NCBI GenBank assembly: GCA_051294905.1
Contig: CM119382.1
Location: 8,556,001-8,620,000 of the forward strand
Source of the DNA: Botryllus schlosseri
Taxonomy: Eukaryota
Direction: 5' to 3'
Length of the DNA stretch: 64,000 nucleotides
In this document: piece after piece, positions 1 to 11,729 of the stretch
Layout of the letters: the number at the start of each line of letters is the position of its first letter
Numbering within the stretch: position 1 is the stretch's first letter
The notes under the pieces: model-generated
Told to the model about the DNA's origin: nothing
Database searches by the model: none
The model's input: only the letters and a program-made list of their open reading frames with translations
Position numbers and translations under genes: made by a program

Positions 1-96
1 AAATAGGGCCAGAAACTGCTAACAGTGAGGAAATTGGTATATTACGAATGCGAGGCATACAATATTACCCAAGCGGAGCAGTATAGTTAAAGGAGG

Positions 97-296
97 TTGA
101 GCTCCAGACTGATCACAACGACTTTGACTCTGACTCCAGTTTCAACACTGCAACTCTGACTCGACGCTCTGCTCACAGACTTGGACTCGGACTTGACAAT
201 AAGTGGTGAATTGAAAATAACTCGACGTAACTCGAATCGAAATCATAAAAGTAAGACTGAATTGGGACTCGGAACCTTGTGACTTGGTTACAATTA
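97..296 (-). mobile_element. Partial copy of the GACTCGAGTC MITE family
   Basis: Reverse-orientation similarity to 27033-27250. Confidence 0.7.
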
Positions 297-524
297 CAAA
301 CCTGCGCAAATGCGTCATTCATTTATTCTCATGCTCACTCTGTGGTAGGCATGTTGCGTGCTACACACGCCTCGAAAAAAAGAACACGATGAACTAATTT
401 GACCCCGTCATATTAATTGAAGATATGGTATACAGATAACACTGCGTTAGTTATAATTTTCCGTTGATATGACGCATCTTAGATAATAATCTGTCGAAAC
501 AGAATGACCTATTTTAGTATTTAA

Positions 525-1442
525 TGGGGATGGTGTGAACCTCTGAAAGGTTCAGGTTCGTGCGAACGCGAACCTTTTTGAAAGGTTCTGTGTGAACGCG
601 AACGTGAACCTCATGACGTCACGTGACGTCATATCGCTAATTCCTATGACGATTCGCGCCACAATACTGAAGTAGGCCTACATATTGACGTTTTAAACGT
701 CGCCAAATGTATCAACTGGGGCAATCAAATGATATAATATTCCCATAAAATCAATATCTTTCGTCGCTTTGCCAACAATTTCGACGAGGACTTGCAAGGG
801 AATATTTGCTTACGCCTTAACGGTCTAGGCCAGATCGGACAATGTATTTGGCGTCCGAGTATTGCTAGTACAAAACGGGTTTCTGTACCTCCTACATATA
901 TTACCGCATCAACAAGTTATACAGTAGTAGCCACACCCCAGATTTGGTTTTTATGATACAATAAACATGAAATCAAGGACTCCGTACACCTGCTAGATTT
1001 TTTACATCAGCCAACGATATCAATTGCATTGATTGGTAAAAAAGCATTATTCGCTGACTACCGTCATGTAGTGTATTGTGCTCTTGATGTTGTGTCATTT
1101 CGGGTCAAGCTCAGAGCAGAGAGTCACTAAATATTCACAAACGGAAAGCTGGATATTTCGAGCAAACTTTTGTACAAAAGCAAGTATAATTTTTGAGATT
1201 GGCAAGCTGCATGCCCGTTTGGTGTTGATTTTTTTATGCTGCAAGCGCCATGCACAGAGTGGTGAGAAGTTGAAATCCAAATAATTTCAACCAAAGATGT
1301 TATAATGACGTGAAAAATGGTATTCTATGAAAAAGGTTCACAGTGCAGAACCTACCAAGGTTCGTTTGTGAACGTGAACCTGTAAATTTCTAAGGTTCAC
1401 ACACAGAACGCGAACGTGAACCTCACGTTCACACCATCCCTA
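525..1442. mobile_element. Non-autonomous hAT-like element with GAACGYGAAC subterminal repeats
   Basis: TIR tggggatggtgtgaac / gttcacaccatcccta (1 mismatch), repeated gaacgcgaacc blocks at both ends; TSD not retained. Confidence 0.75.
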
Positions 1443-1460
1443 GATTGATCAAGATAGAAA

Positions 1461-1820
1461 CTAACCGTTAGGTGAAGTGGGATCTTTTTCGCTGTAGGAA
1501 GTGTGACGGTCAGTGCCGTGCTCGTATCTGAAGACGCTTTCGCTTCTGGATTCGGGTAATTTCGGGAGAATTCGCGAACGGCTTTTGTCGCTTCCGGAAA
1601 ACCCGGAACTGCTCGCGGAATCGGATTTCTTCATGTAATAGGATTGGACGTTTCCCCCGTCCTTGTCGCACAGAGACCAGTATATCTCGCCACCATGATC
1701 GTGGCTCAGAGCGTCGTTTTTGTATTCTTCGGCGGGTTCCTGAAAAATAACCGCGACCGTTCCGAGTATGAACAGAAAGTAGAGAATAAGAGCACCCATA
1801 ATGTCCAAAGTAGTCGGCAT
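1461..1820 (-). CDS. Possible secreted protein or first coding exon (119-aa ORF)
   Basis: Hydrophobic N-terminus ILYFLFILGTVAVIF then a hydrophilic Ser-rich body; the stop overlaps a potential donor ACG|GTTAGT. Confidence 0.45.
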   Translation of the reverse strand: MPTTLDIMGALILYFLFILGTVAVIFQEPAEEYKNDALSHDHGGEIYWSLCDKDGGNVQSYYMKKSDSASSSGFSGSDKSRSRILPKLPESRSESVFRYEHGTDRHTSYSEKDPTSPNG

Positions 1821-2190
1821 TGCTACTCAAGTTGGAATAAAAATTTTCTACCCAATTGCAAGCAGAACTAGTGGTTTCGACGATATGCCAGAACTATTTC
1901 AATTAGAAAGAAGTAGATAGTGAGAGACGAGAAAAGTACTCAAGTAAGTATACATTGGAAAAGGAGATTTAGTCGAGGCGTAGCATGCTTTTAGCAGCAG
2001 ATTAGTCGTGGATGTTTTCTCGTTAAAGTGATTCAGTATCAACAAAATACTTTCTATTATACAAAATCCAAATGTATCAAATTAGGAATCTTTGCTTCAA
2101 AGCCGTAGAGGAAGGTAGAAGAAGAAGCTGCATTATATTAAAGTGGCGACTGCTTGGGGTGCGTTTGTTGGATCGTTTATTCGTTTAATG

Positions 2191-3717
2191 CAGTGGTTCT
2201 TAACCTTGCCCCCAGCGCCCCTCAGGGGGCGCTGGCGATTATGAAGGGGGGCGGAAGCGCTCGGGGGGCGATATGGGGGGCGCTGGGCTCAGGGGGGCGG
2301 TATGGGGGGCGCTGGAGAAAAATGGCTTCGCAGTAGATGATGTGGTGATAGGACATATCCTTAATGAGTATTCAGATCAAATTAACACCGAAAACTTCGT
2401 TACATATAGCCTTCAAAATACATATAGGTTTAATTGTCCATGGGCGCCTAAATGACTGACACCGAATGTTCCTGTCTTGGCAATCTGAACCCCAGAAGAC
2501 GAATTCCATCTGGCAGGGAAAAATTATATGTCAGTGAAGATATACCAATCTGAAATCGTGTGCGTCTTTTAGTTTAGTACGATTGGGCGACAGGGATATT
2601 CCTGTTGGGCGATATCCCCGTTGAGCGATTCTATATTTTTTGTTATTGCAGACAGGGGGTCACGAAATAACATCATGCAACGAAGTCATACCAACGGGTT
2701 CGCCCGCTCGAATATATGTTTAATTATTAGTAACGGGCCCTACAGTTTCCAAGAAACCTCACAATGTTCGCTTTAAGGTTTAATGAGTCTGCGCACACTC
2801 AACAACTCACTGCGCTGACCCTTGAACAACAGTGCGTAACGACTAAAAAAAGGTAATAACTTCGGATTTGTTGTGCGCAACGTAGATTTTCTGTGCGCAG
2901 AGACCGTGTCAGCACTGCGCACGTGCGCAGCTTAGAGGGAACATTGCACCTCACTCAGCTCTACCGGTAAATGTGTTTACGTGAGCTGATTGATCTCAAT
3001 TTACATGCAATTCCCGATGTTATTGAACAATTTAATCATTAATTAGTGAAATTTTTCGCGCGCGACTAGGCGAGAATAGCTGCCTCAGTAAATGGACACC
3101 CAATGTAGATACCTAATAGGCTATCAGCAAATAGAGGACAGCCTAATTGGGGTCTGGGAGTAAAGTCCCCCGGAAGTTTGGTTTATCACCCGATGTGGGC
3201 CCTGGACCAACGTTTTTGTTTGGGGGGGGGAGGGGCTGACGAAGTGCTGTTACGGCCCTGGTAACGAATAATTGTACCTGCGGGCACGCCCGAATATGTT
3301 TGATTATTAATTACGTGCCCTTTATTTTCCTATACAACAGCTCACTCAGTGCTGCTGGTAAATCTGATTACGTGGACTGAGAGGATAAAAAGTTTATAGC
3401 GACTTATATATGTAATTACCAACTATTCATTCATGCATTATAGAAAATTTTGGTACCCTGGGCGACCAGGCCACACAAACTTTGCTGACCATCAAAATCA
3501 CGATATGGGGTTCGTTGGGGCGAAGCCCTCGGAGGTTCAGTTTATCACGCTATGGGTGCGCAAGGCAATCGTTTTAGGGGGGTTCACGAAGTGCTGTTAC
3601 GGCCCTCCCTCTTACTCATTGTCTTCATTACAGTCCTTACAATATGAAGTTGGGGGGCGCTGGAGCACGATAATTTTTGAAAGGGGGCGCTGGAAGAAAA
3701 AAGGTTAAGAACCACTG
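2191..3717. mobile_element. Non-autonomous hAT (Charlie-type TIR), 1527 bp
   Basis: Perfect TIR cagtggttcttaacct and perfect 8-bp TSD gtttaatg (2183-2190, 3718-3725). Confidence 0.93.
2762..2946. mobile_element. Small hAT-like MITE nested in the 2191-3717 element
   Basis: TIR caatgttcgctttaag / cttagagggaacattg (2 mismatches); imperfect TSD. Confidence 0.65.
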
Positions 3718-4753
3718 GTTTAATGGTTAACGACTATTCGTATTCCGTGTTTAAAATAGGACTGGTTAATTGGAAGAAAACTGAATAAGCTAACCATTGA
3801 AACAGTAAGATAATGTTCGTAAGATTTCTATATTTTCACTGAAAATATCCACATCGTGGCTATATTCACTGCATGGGCCAGCTTACAACGACGGCCGGAG
3901 GGGTACCCGAAGTTTTACAAACACAGATCGAGTTGATGAATAATTTAGCTATCAGTGTAGTAAAAACAAACCTCTTCGACCCTTTCGTTTTGAGCCGAGA
4001 TGTTCCTTGCTGGCCTTCGGGGAGATCGCCTTAATTCGTCTTTCCGGCGCGAAACCAGGGAACTTAATTTTGTACATCCTGTCAACGAGATACGCTATTA
4101 CGCAAAACGAAATTAAGCAAGGGATCGGGACAAATCTAATCCCACGACTGCGCGGGACATATGGAATGCGTTGTGTGTATCCTATCAATTGAGTCATAAC
4201 ATACAAGCCGCTAGCGTCCGATAATTTTGTAACGTTTTGTGTTCTAATCACTCGCTATCTGCCATATACAAGAGCATGTCTGCGCGACATCAAAATTGTC
4301 TTACGAACATTGAGAGTTTGAGACACATATCGAATATTCAAACAACTAACGTGGCTACCCGACACGATCTTGGATGTGACGGTTATACGCTACATTGCCT
4401 TATTTATATTGTCGAACCGTTTGTACGATTTAGGTATGATTATTGGACATGGGCTCGTTCATACAATGGTGATAGGCTTACAGATTATTTTATTTCGACT
4501 TCAAATGTTCGAGAACCGGTTTCATTTCTATCTCCATAACCTTATTTATGCAAAATGTGAAAATAGGTAATGCTGTGGTAAGTTCTACTGTGAATATCTG
4601 ATGTAGGCCCACTGCAGGTAAACACAAGCATAATGATTTGATATTAAGTAGTTGAAAACTCTAATCTGCTACTTCGTATAATTTGGACGAAATAAGGAAT
4701 TTATCACTGCACAAAAACAGTATAAGATTTTCGAAATATTTCGCAATCCACGG

Positions 4754-5839
4754 TTAGACAAAGACATACATACCTCTTTCCAATGAATCCCTGGATTTTC
4801 TCATTAATTCGTACACACCGACTTTTCTTTCTCCTTGCGTACAAAGCAACGATCGGCAGAGAATGGCTGTGAGGCAAAGAATTATGAGAAGCAATGCGAT
4901 TCCTCCCAAGATAATAGCGGTGATAAATCCGCGCCATGGAACAGAAACAACTTCAACCGTAGTGTCAGTAATTGGCGGTAAAGTAAGCGGCCAAGTGTAA
5001 TCCGGATAGGTTTCCGGTTCGTTTGATTCCGTAAACGTTGTAGCGTCGTAATAATCGATATCTTCGTAAGTCGAATCAACAGGATCCATAAACGCCATGT
5101 TAGTAGTGGGTGGCTTGCAGTATGAACTCCTCTGGCATTTCAGCGTCTGCAAATCGGACTGAACGAACGTGTCAGGGTTACACGGTGGCCTGTCGCCTGA
5201 CTGCCCGCTAAACTTTGATACATGCTCGCATGTCGTCTGGTAAGTAACTATACCCGGGGATGCTACAGCATCACAATCTGATTGAGAACAGTTAGCGCTG
5301 ATCGTAGTGTGAAATACTCTGTAACCTCGTGCGTTCTCCTGACACGATTCCACGTCACATCGTTCCCAGTCGACCCGGCAGAAAAACACCATTTCCTTCA
5401 GTAGCTTTCGTTTGTAGCACGGCGTGAAGCTGCGCCTGTACGGTTTCTGGCAATTGTTGCCTTCGCACGTTTCCGTGACTTTGGATTTCTCAAATCTCCT
5501 GGAGCATTGATTGTTTTTCAGGTAAAATGAACGATGTTCCATTAATTGGGATACGGAACAGGCTGGTTTATGGAACGATGATTGTTCACCTGTGGTTCCT
5601 CGCAAGCATAGTTTTCTTTCTATTTTCAGCCCGTACCGGCAGTACCTTGGAACGAAGCCTTTTTTGTACTTTGTAGGCACCGCAAACGGGTATGTTTTCC
5701 ACTTTATATCAGTTGAAAACGCAGTGTCGTTCCATTGTTCACAGTGACAGTCTAAGGGCAACTTTTCGGACGTCCATTCCACGGCATAGCAACGCAATCC
5801 GAGTTGCATAAACAAAATCGTCGAAATTAAAACGATCAT
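4754..5839 (-). CDS. Orphan type I single-pass membrane protein, Cys-rich ectodomain, 361 aa, intronless
   Basis: Signal peptide, 18 ectodomain Cys, T/P/acidic stalk, 25-aa hydrophobic TM (GFITAIILGGIALLLIILCLTAILC), short tail ending YVFV. Confidence 0.85.
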   Translation of the reverse strand: MIVLISTILFMQLGLRCYAVEWTSEKLPLDCHCEQWNDTAFSTDIKWKTYPFAVPTKYKKGFVPRYCRYGLKIERKLCLRGTTGEQSSFHKPACSVSQLMEHRSFYLKNNQCSRRFEKSKVTETCEGNNCQKPYRRSFTPCYKRKLLKEMVFFCRVDWERCDVESCQENARGYRVFHTTISANCSQSDCDAVASPGIVTYQTTCEHVSKFSGQSGDRPPCNPDTFVQSDLQTLKCQRSSYCKPPTTNMAFMDPVDSTYEDIDYYDATTFTESNEPETYPDYTWPLTLPPITDTTVEVVSVPWRGFITAIILGGIALLLIILCLTAILCRSLLCTQGERKVGVYELMRKSRDSLERGMYVFV

Positions 5840-5953
5840 GGCTGCATTAGGCTGTACCGCTACTATACTATACTGAAGTCATATATACGGATTATTTTTG
5901 TCCGTTACCTGTTTTAACGTGAAAGATTTAAAATATGGAACTATAGCATCCTC

Positions 5954-5954
<1 letters not shown>

Positions 5955-6000
<46 letters not shown>

Positions 6001-6017
6001 ACACACACACACACACA
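5955..6017. repeat. (CA)n microsatellite
   Basis: ~30 CA units with one interruption. Confidence 0.98.
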
Positions 6018-7824
6018 GACATGCGTAATATCAATTTGCGATTGCGTGGCTATCAGAACACATTCAGATCGGTATCCTTCATTTGGCTCAGGCATCCAAG
6101 AAGAACGGAATGTCAACTTCTTACGACCCAACTGGAACGCCTGCTTTCTAAATGTAACTGTTATTTTCGGTTGCTCTTTTTCTTATTCCGGATGATACTG
6201 ACGACTCGAGCATACAGCGTATATGTAGGATTGTAGGTATAAGCTATATATGTTTACAGGCCTGTACGGCTCTATATACACGGTGATTTGTCTCGCGTTA
6301 GATACCCAAGTCATACTCGTCGAAAAAAATCTCTAATCGTATTCAGAAAACCGGAATAGATACTCATTGACGCATGGGCATTGGGCAATTAGAATCTTTT
6401 TACATCTCCTTAATTACGTTCCAAAACATTGTGACAGGTTACCCGCAGTGCGCATCGTTTGATGTACGTTTTCTAGGAAGCTATCACGGATTTGTATATA
6501 TGAAGTTGAATTAATCATGTCCTTATCATGCGAATATTGTGGAATTAATCGCGATGAAATTTCGGTCGTCATGGACCAAAAACATTTGGATGTAGGCATA
6601 AATAGTAGAACGATACCCCACAAAAATTGTTTCAATCGCACTCGCACACATCGAGTTATTCTTTCGTATGCCTTTGTAAAGGCGAAAACATTGGAAGAGA
6701 CGAAATTCATAGAGAACTTGTAACTAGCTGGATCTCAATTGTTATGACATCAACACTTTTAACTGAAAGCTATACTCTACAGATTCACCATTAAAATATC
6801 CAGCCCTAGCGGTTATATATAATGCAACTAGCATATCGATGATGATATTTATTTTTAGAATGTTTATGAGGCAAGGGCTAATACACATGATCCTATATTT
6901 CCGGTATTTGTATGTAGGCCTACCCTGCTGTTGGACTGTTGGTGGATCTTCGTAATAGTATGATATCCGTATTCTTGTTATCATAACGATTCTGCACCTT
7001 ATACCTGCCGGACTATAGTGGTCGCATATGCACTGCAGTATAACTATTACGCGAAGCCAAGCAGTGCCCTATGGATATCGAAAAGTTAAACCATTTCTGT
7101 GTCTAGCTGACTCCCGAGTAAACTATACCTGTCAATTTATTGCATTGGGTAACATTTATCACTCTCATCACCGATATATATTTCTGTATACAACAAAAGT
7201 AAGCCAATATATTTAGTCTGAATGATAGTAAAAGTTATATGCTAAGAGAATTTTTTCAATAGTAGGCTATACGCATTAGCTCAACAACGAGTGAATAAAG
7301 TCGAAATAAGTATAAGTTTGATGTTTTTGCGGAAATTGGGATTACCTGCGTATCCAATCCAACTGTTTCTACGACAAGTGAAAACCAGACACCATTAGCA
7401 TTCACGGTTCCCGTATCACATATTTAATCGGATTAAACCGATTTCCGAAAAGCCCGCAGAGCTGCACGTCTTGGGAACTATTTTGATAGAATTCAGAGTT
7501 AAAATAATTTTTTATCCTCCAGACGACGGCAAATAGACGTTTGGTTTGAGATATTGATTGGACTGTTTCCCTAAGGATTCCTGCAAGTCCTTAATGTTGT
7601 TAAATGTACAGTCCCATGTTTCTATCAATTGAAGAATCGATAAAGCTGAAACCAATAGATCAAATGGCCAGTTTTAATGGAATAATTTTCAGCCTTTAGT
7701 TGTTGTGCGATTTTCATGCTCATTGTATCAATTGTCAATTACTATACCGAGGTGGAATTAGAACACATATCAAATATGATTTTAGGCCCTTCTATATTGT
7801 TAGGATTGCAAACAAATGGTGTTT

Positions 7825-7976
7825 TAAACAGTGTTTTAAACAAATGTCTTTTAATTTTTTTTCTTCAAAAGTTGTTTAATTATGCCAACGAATACATAAT
7901 TAAACAGTGTTTTAAGCAAATGTCTTTTAATTTTTTTTCTTCAAAAGTTGTTTAATTATGCCAACGAATACATAAT
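7825..7976. repeat. 76-bp tandem duplication
   Basis: taaacagtgtttta...gccaacgaatacataat occurs twice, near identical. Confidence 0.95.
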
Positions 7977-8412
7977 GAAATGGTGAGAGTTAGACCGAAC
8001 CCTCGAAATCGTCGTCGGTTCAACCGTTATAGCACGTAGATATAAATCATTGGTTCGGAGGGGATGTAGTCCTGTTAAAGATACGTTTATCCGTTTAGCA
8101 CGTTTCGACCCGATTTGCGATTTGAAAATGTTCCGAGACACACCCCTAAGTTTTGGTACCTAACTGGATATTGATAAAAAGGACCCCCCCCCAAAAAAGG
8201 GATAAAGAATCCGCGGGGGTTGTGGCATCAAGTTGAAAACAACTGACAGTGAATTGGACTGTGCATGTGGTTGACGTGACAACGACAAATGTAATACACA
8301 AACGCAGTAAGGCTGTCGTCGTAAAGTTCAATGTGGAGCTATTGAACAACAGAAATAATGTTAAAGCTAGTTAAAAGGAATACTGATGGATAACAAACCG
8401 CTTTATGTATAC

Positions 8413-9048
8413 CAGTGATTCTCAACCGAGATGTCATTTGAACTGAGTCAGTGGTGACCAACCTTTTTTGAAACCATGCAAGATCTACTTCAAATTAATG
8501 TGGAGGCCTAGCCAGACAGGATGCCTTCTTTTCACATCCGAAAAAGAGGACAATTTTTTCAAGTTTCAATAACAGACATAAAATCGGGAACTATACACAG
8601 ATAATTGTGATTCTAGACGAGTGGACGGAATTTTTAGTAGACGTTCGCGACATTTCCAAAAAAAATACCGGTTTTCACGTGTAGATTGTGTCGCTGTCAA
8701 ATGTGTGAGAGAGAGAGAGAGAGAGAGAGAGTCTTTATTTTCATCTAACCAAAATACATGAAAAACAGACGGCAACGATGGTGGTACCGAAAAAATGCAT
8801 GCACAGTATTCGGTATCAGATAGGAATGATCGATATAACCGTTGAGATCAACTAGTCTGATCTCACCAGCATCAAACAGGTGTACTTGACTCTATAAAGT
8901 CAGGCTGTAAAAAATGTTGGTTTAAAAAGGAAAATAAAAAAGAAAAAGTAAACGATGGTAGCAAATGATAAATGCGTGTGCTCAAAGTGCTAGGTTGCTG
9001 CGAACTACTTACCCATTCCAGACTGTACCGGGAGGTTGAGAACCACTG
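8413..9048. mobile_element. Degenerate hAT-like MITE
   Basis: Ends cagtgattctcaacc / ggttgagaaccactg; flanks do not form a TSD. Confidence 0.5.
8705..8731. repeat. (GA)n microsatellite
   Basis: direct read. Confidence 0.95.
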
Positions 9049-9060
9049 ATGACCGATGTA

Positions 9061-10413
9061 CAGGCCGTGTTATTTTTGGCATATGCCAAAACTGCCAAAA
9101 ATAACTTATTTTTGGCATTTTTCGATCTTTATTTTTGGCAGTTTTGGCATCGTCCTCTAAATAGATAGTTTCAGCCTCGAATTAGTCACAAAAACGCTTT
9201 ATTTGGGCCAGTTTGTCAAAAGACACCACAAAATGTGCAGCATCCACGTATAATCAGTGCCAACAAACAATAAGAAGAAAAAACCTAACGATTTCATAGG
9301 ATATTAATATCAAAAAAACCACAAAATGTGCAATATCCATCGGAATCGGTGCCAATAAGCAAAAAAAAGAAAGAAAAGCCCAACAAACACGCTCAACAGC
9401 TGATTGTGGCAGCTGTTGAATAGACTTAAATCGTTTGCACTGTAACGGTGCTTCCAAACTCAAGTCAGCTAAGTTTCTCCTAAATTCATTTCTCGCCCAG
9501 CGAATCTGGGAAATATCGGCTTTAACAGTAGCCGTTGAGGGAAAGAATGTTGCCAGTCATCCACAAAAGGTTTTCAGAGCTTCAAAATCTTTGGAGGGCC
9601 GAGCCGTCTTCCATGCATCATGAAAAGAGATCACTTCGCCAGTGTCATCGATCTCATCGCTGAAATAATTTTCTTGCCGATCCTTTTCCAGAAGTTTCCT
9701 GTGTTGTCTCTCAACACATTCTATTTAGTAGCCCGACTATCATTTCTCCTTCAGTCTACCGATATATTTTCGGAGGACTTTTGTCACTTCAGGTGGCTTT
9801 AATATTACCAACTCGCATGGAAGAGTCCTGGGAAGGTTAGCTTGTTTAAGAACATTGACGCAACAAGACTGTCTGGCAAAACGAGACTATGCAGCTCAGA
9901 AATAGCCAGACAGTTTGTTGCGTCACAATGTTCAACTCGATCACAATGCAAAGATCGTGGTTGATTTTGGGGGTTCCAGTTCCATGAGCAGAATATAATT
10001 TATATTTTAATAATCAGTACTGCGGCTGCTTCTCATTGATACCCGTTTTATCAAATTTAGCGCTCGACAAGCCGGTCAAAAATGGTCGTGAAATTGCCTT
10101 TGGACAAATGGAAAGTATGACGTAAACCAAATACAGTCAGCCGTTCAATCTCGCTGTGCCCACACCATTTACGACACCATGCTTTCACCCCTAATGGGTG
10201 GGCTGGACCCAGATTAAGAAACCTGCCTTCACAAACGCTCTTCTCGCTTGTAACGCGGTCCTGTTGACACAACACCATGAACGAAATACACTATTTGGCA
10301 GGCCGTGTTATTTTTGGCATATGCCAAAAATTGCTTATTTTTGGCATTTTCAAATTTTTATTTTTGGCAGTTTTGGCATCTGGCTCCTGAAATGCCAAAA
10401 ATAACACGGCCTG
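9061..10413 (-). mobile_element. Defective hAT DNA transposon with transposase C-terminal remnant, 1353 bp
   Basis: TIR caggccgtgttatttttggcat and perfect 8-bp TSD ccgatgta (9053-9060, 10414-10421); minus-strand remnant at ~9410-9850. Confidence 0.93.
9410..9850 (-). pseudogene. hAT transposase dimerisation-region remnant
   Basis: One frame with 4 stops: LPRTLPCELVILKP...SFHDAWK...LKTFCG*LATFFPSTATVKADISQIRWARNEFRRNLADLSLEAPLQCKRF. Confidence 0.8.
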
Positions 10414-10757
10414 CCGATGTATAAATGGGCTACACCGCCCCATGACAGGACAAGTCCCCATTCCTGCTATGATTACATCCCCATCTAGTGGTTTGTCGTT
10501 CATTGAAATGTAATCCTCTAGGGTAGGTCTTCAAGCGAGCGGGAAGACCAACTCGGCTGGCGTTTGCAATTTGCATTGACATCGCCGTGATAATTAACCT
10601 AGGAACAGTCACAGATAGAGGACCAGGGTTAATAGGATTCTGGCATTTAGTAATCACTGTCATTACAGCGTAGGTGAAGGTGTTCACAATCATAAATTTC
10701 GGAATAGAGTAAAGTCGTCCGTGTGTGATACATACGAAAAGTGGTTGGAACGGAAAT

Positions 10758-11498
10758 ATGACATTACCGCCGAAAAATGCCAGAGCAACCATTATTGCGC
10801 AAATGAGAAAAGAAATTGACGAATACAGAGCGGAGGGTGGTCGGATGGCGCAAGTTCTGAGGTCAGTAGGCATAGACATTGATCAAAGACAACCCGCAAT
10901 AGACGAAAATATTATAAAATCCCTAGTCACAGCTGCGGATGCATTATCGACAATTGAATTTGATGATATAAATTTGGAGTTGGCGGCATCTGGCTTGAGG
11001 AATGAATTACGCGGCGCGAAAAGAAGCGTTCAAAGATTACAAAGGCGCATACAATCACACAAAAAGAAATTGGACTCGACTTTGGAACAGCACAATGAAA
11101 TCGAAACAGCTAAAAAGCATCTTGAAAGTCAAGAAGAGGAATTGAGACAAGATTTAAGCAAAATGAATAAATCGACGGCATTTCATTCGAAGAAAAAATA
11201 TCAATACAATGGAACGATACAATCGACCAAAAAACTTCTGTCTAACTTGGGCTTCGAAGATCACATTTCTCATGAAAAGCTGGCCGAGTTAGGTAATGAA
11301 GTAAAATGTCTCGAGGAACGCTTGAAGACTTTGCGTGTATCGTTAAAGTCATACCAAGACTTACCACCGAGTGTTGCCGCCGCTCAAGTGCAATTGGAAG
11401 AAAAGAAAGCTATACTTGGTCAACTTGAATCGCGTCTCGCTGATGCATTAGGTGAAGTGGCTATTTCGAATCTTCATGAACAATCTGTCAGAAGATGA
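10758..11498 (+). CDS. HAUS1: HAUS augmin-like complex subunit 1, intronless, 246 aa from first ATG
   Basis: Coiled-coil protein. SHEKLAEL...LKSYQDLPPSVAAAQVQLEEKK matches HAUS1 SHQSLVAL...LESYLDLMPNPSLAQVKIEEAK, and EIDEYRAE matches KASEYESE. In-frame stop at 10710. Confidence 0.8.
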   Translation: MTLPPKNARATIIAQMRKEIDEYRAEGGRMAQVLRSVGIDIDQRQPAIDENIIKSLVTAADALSTIEFDDINLELAASGLRNELRGAKRSVQRLQRRIQSHKKKLDSTLEQHNEIETAKKHLESQEEELRQDLSKMNKSTAFHSKKKYQYNGTIQSTKKLLSNLGFEDHISHEKLAELGNEVKCLEERLKTLRVSLKSYQDLPPSVAAAQVQLEEKKAILGQLESRLADALGEVAISNLHEQSVRR

Positions 11499-11729
11499 CT
11501 CCTGCTATTTGCTAAAGGAATATGGTTTGATTGGATGTGTGATATGACAACTCAGTGTGAAATCGGTGTATTGTGCACGCCAAAGATTCTGCACACTGCA
11601 CAAAGGTGTATCACTGGGAACTGTCTTGGCACACCAATATATTGCGTTTAATGTCGGAATTTCAACCGTTGATAACTACAGCAAAATCCAATGTTTTCTT
11701 GCTGGATTAAGGATTCATTTTAAAAAAAA

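Noticed and set aside
5898-6236. 112-aa ORF with a THTHTH run
   Set aside because: Artefact of the (CA)n microsatellite
10430-10879. 149-aa minus-strand ORF overlapping HAUS1
   Set aside because: No recognisable motif, non-ATG start, partly the antisense shadow of HAUS1
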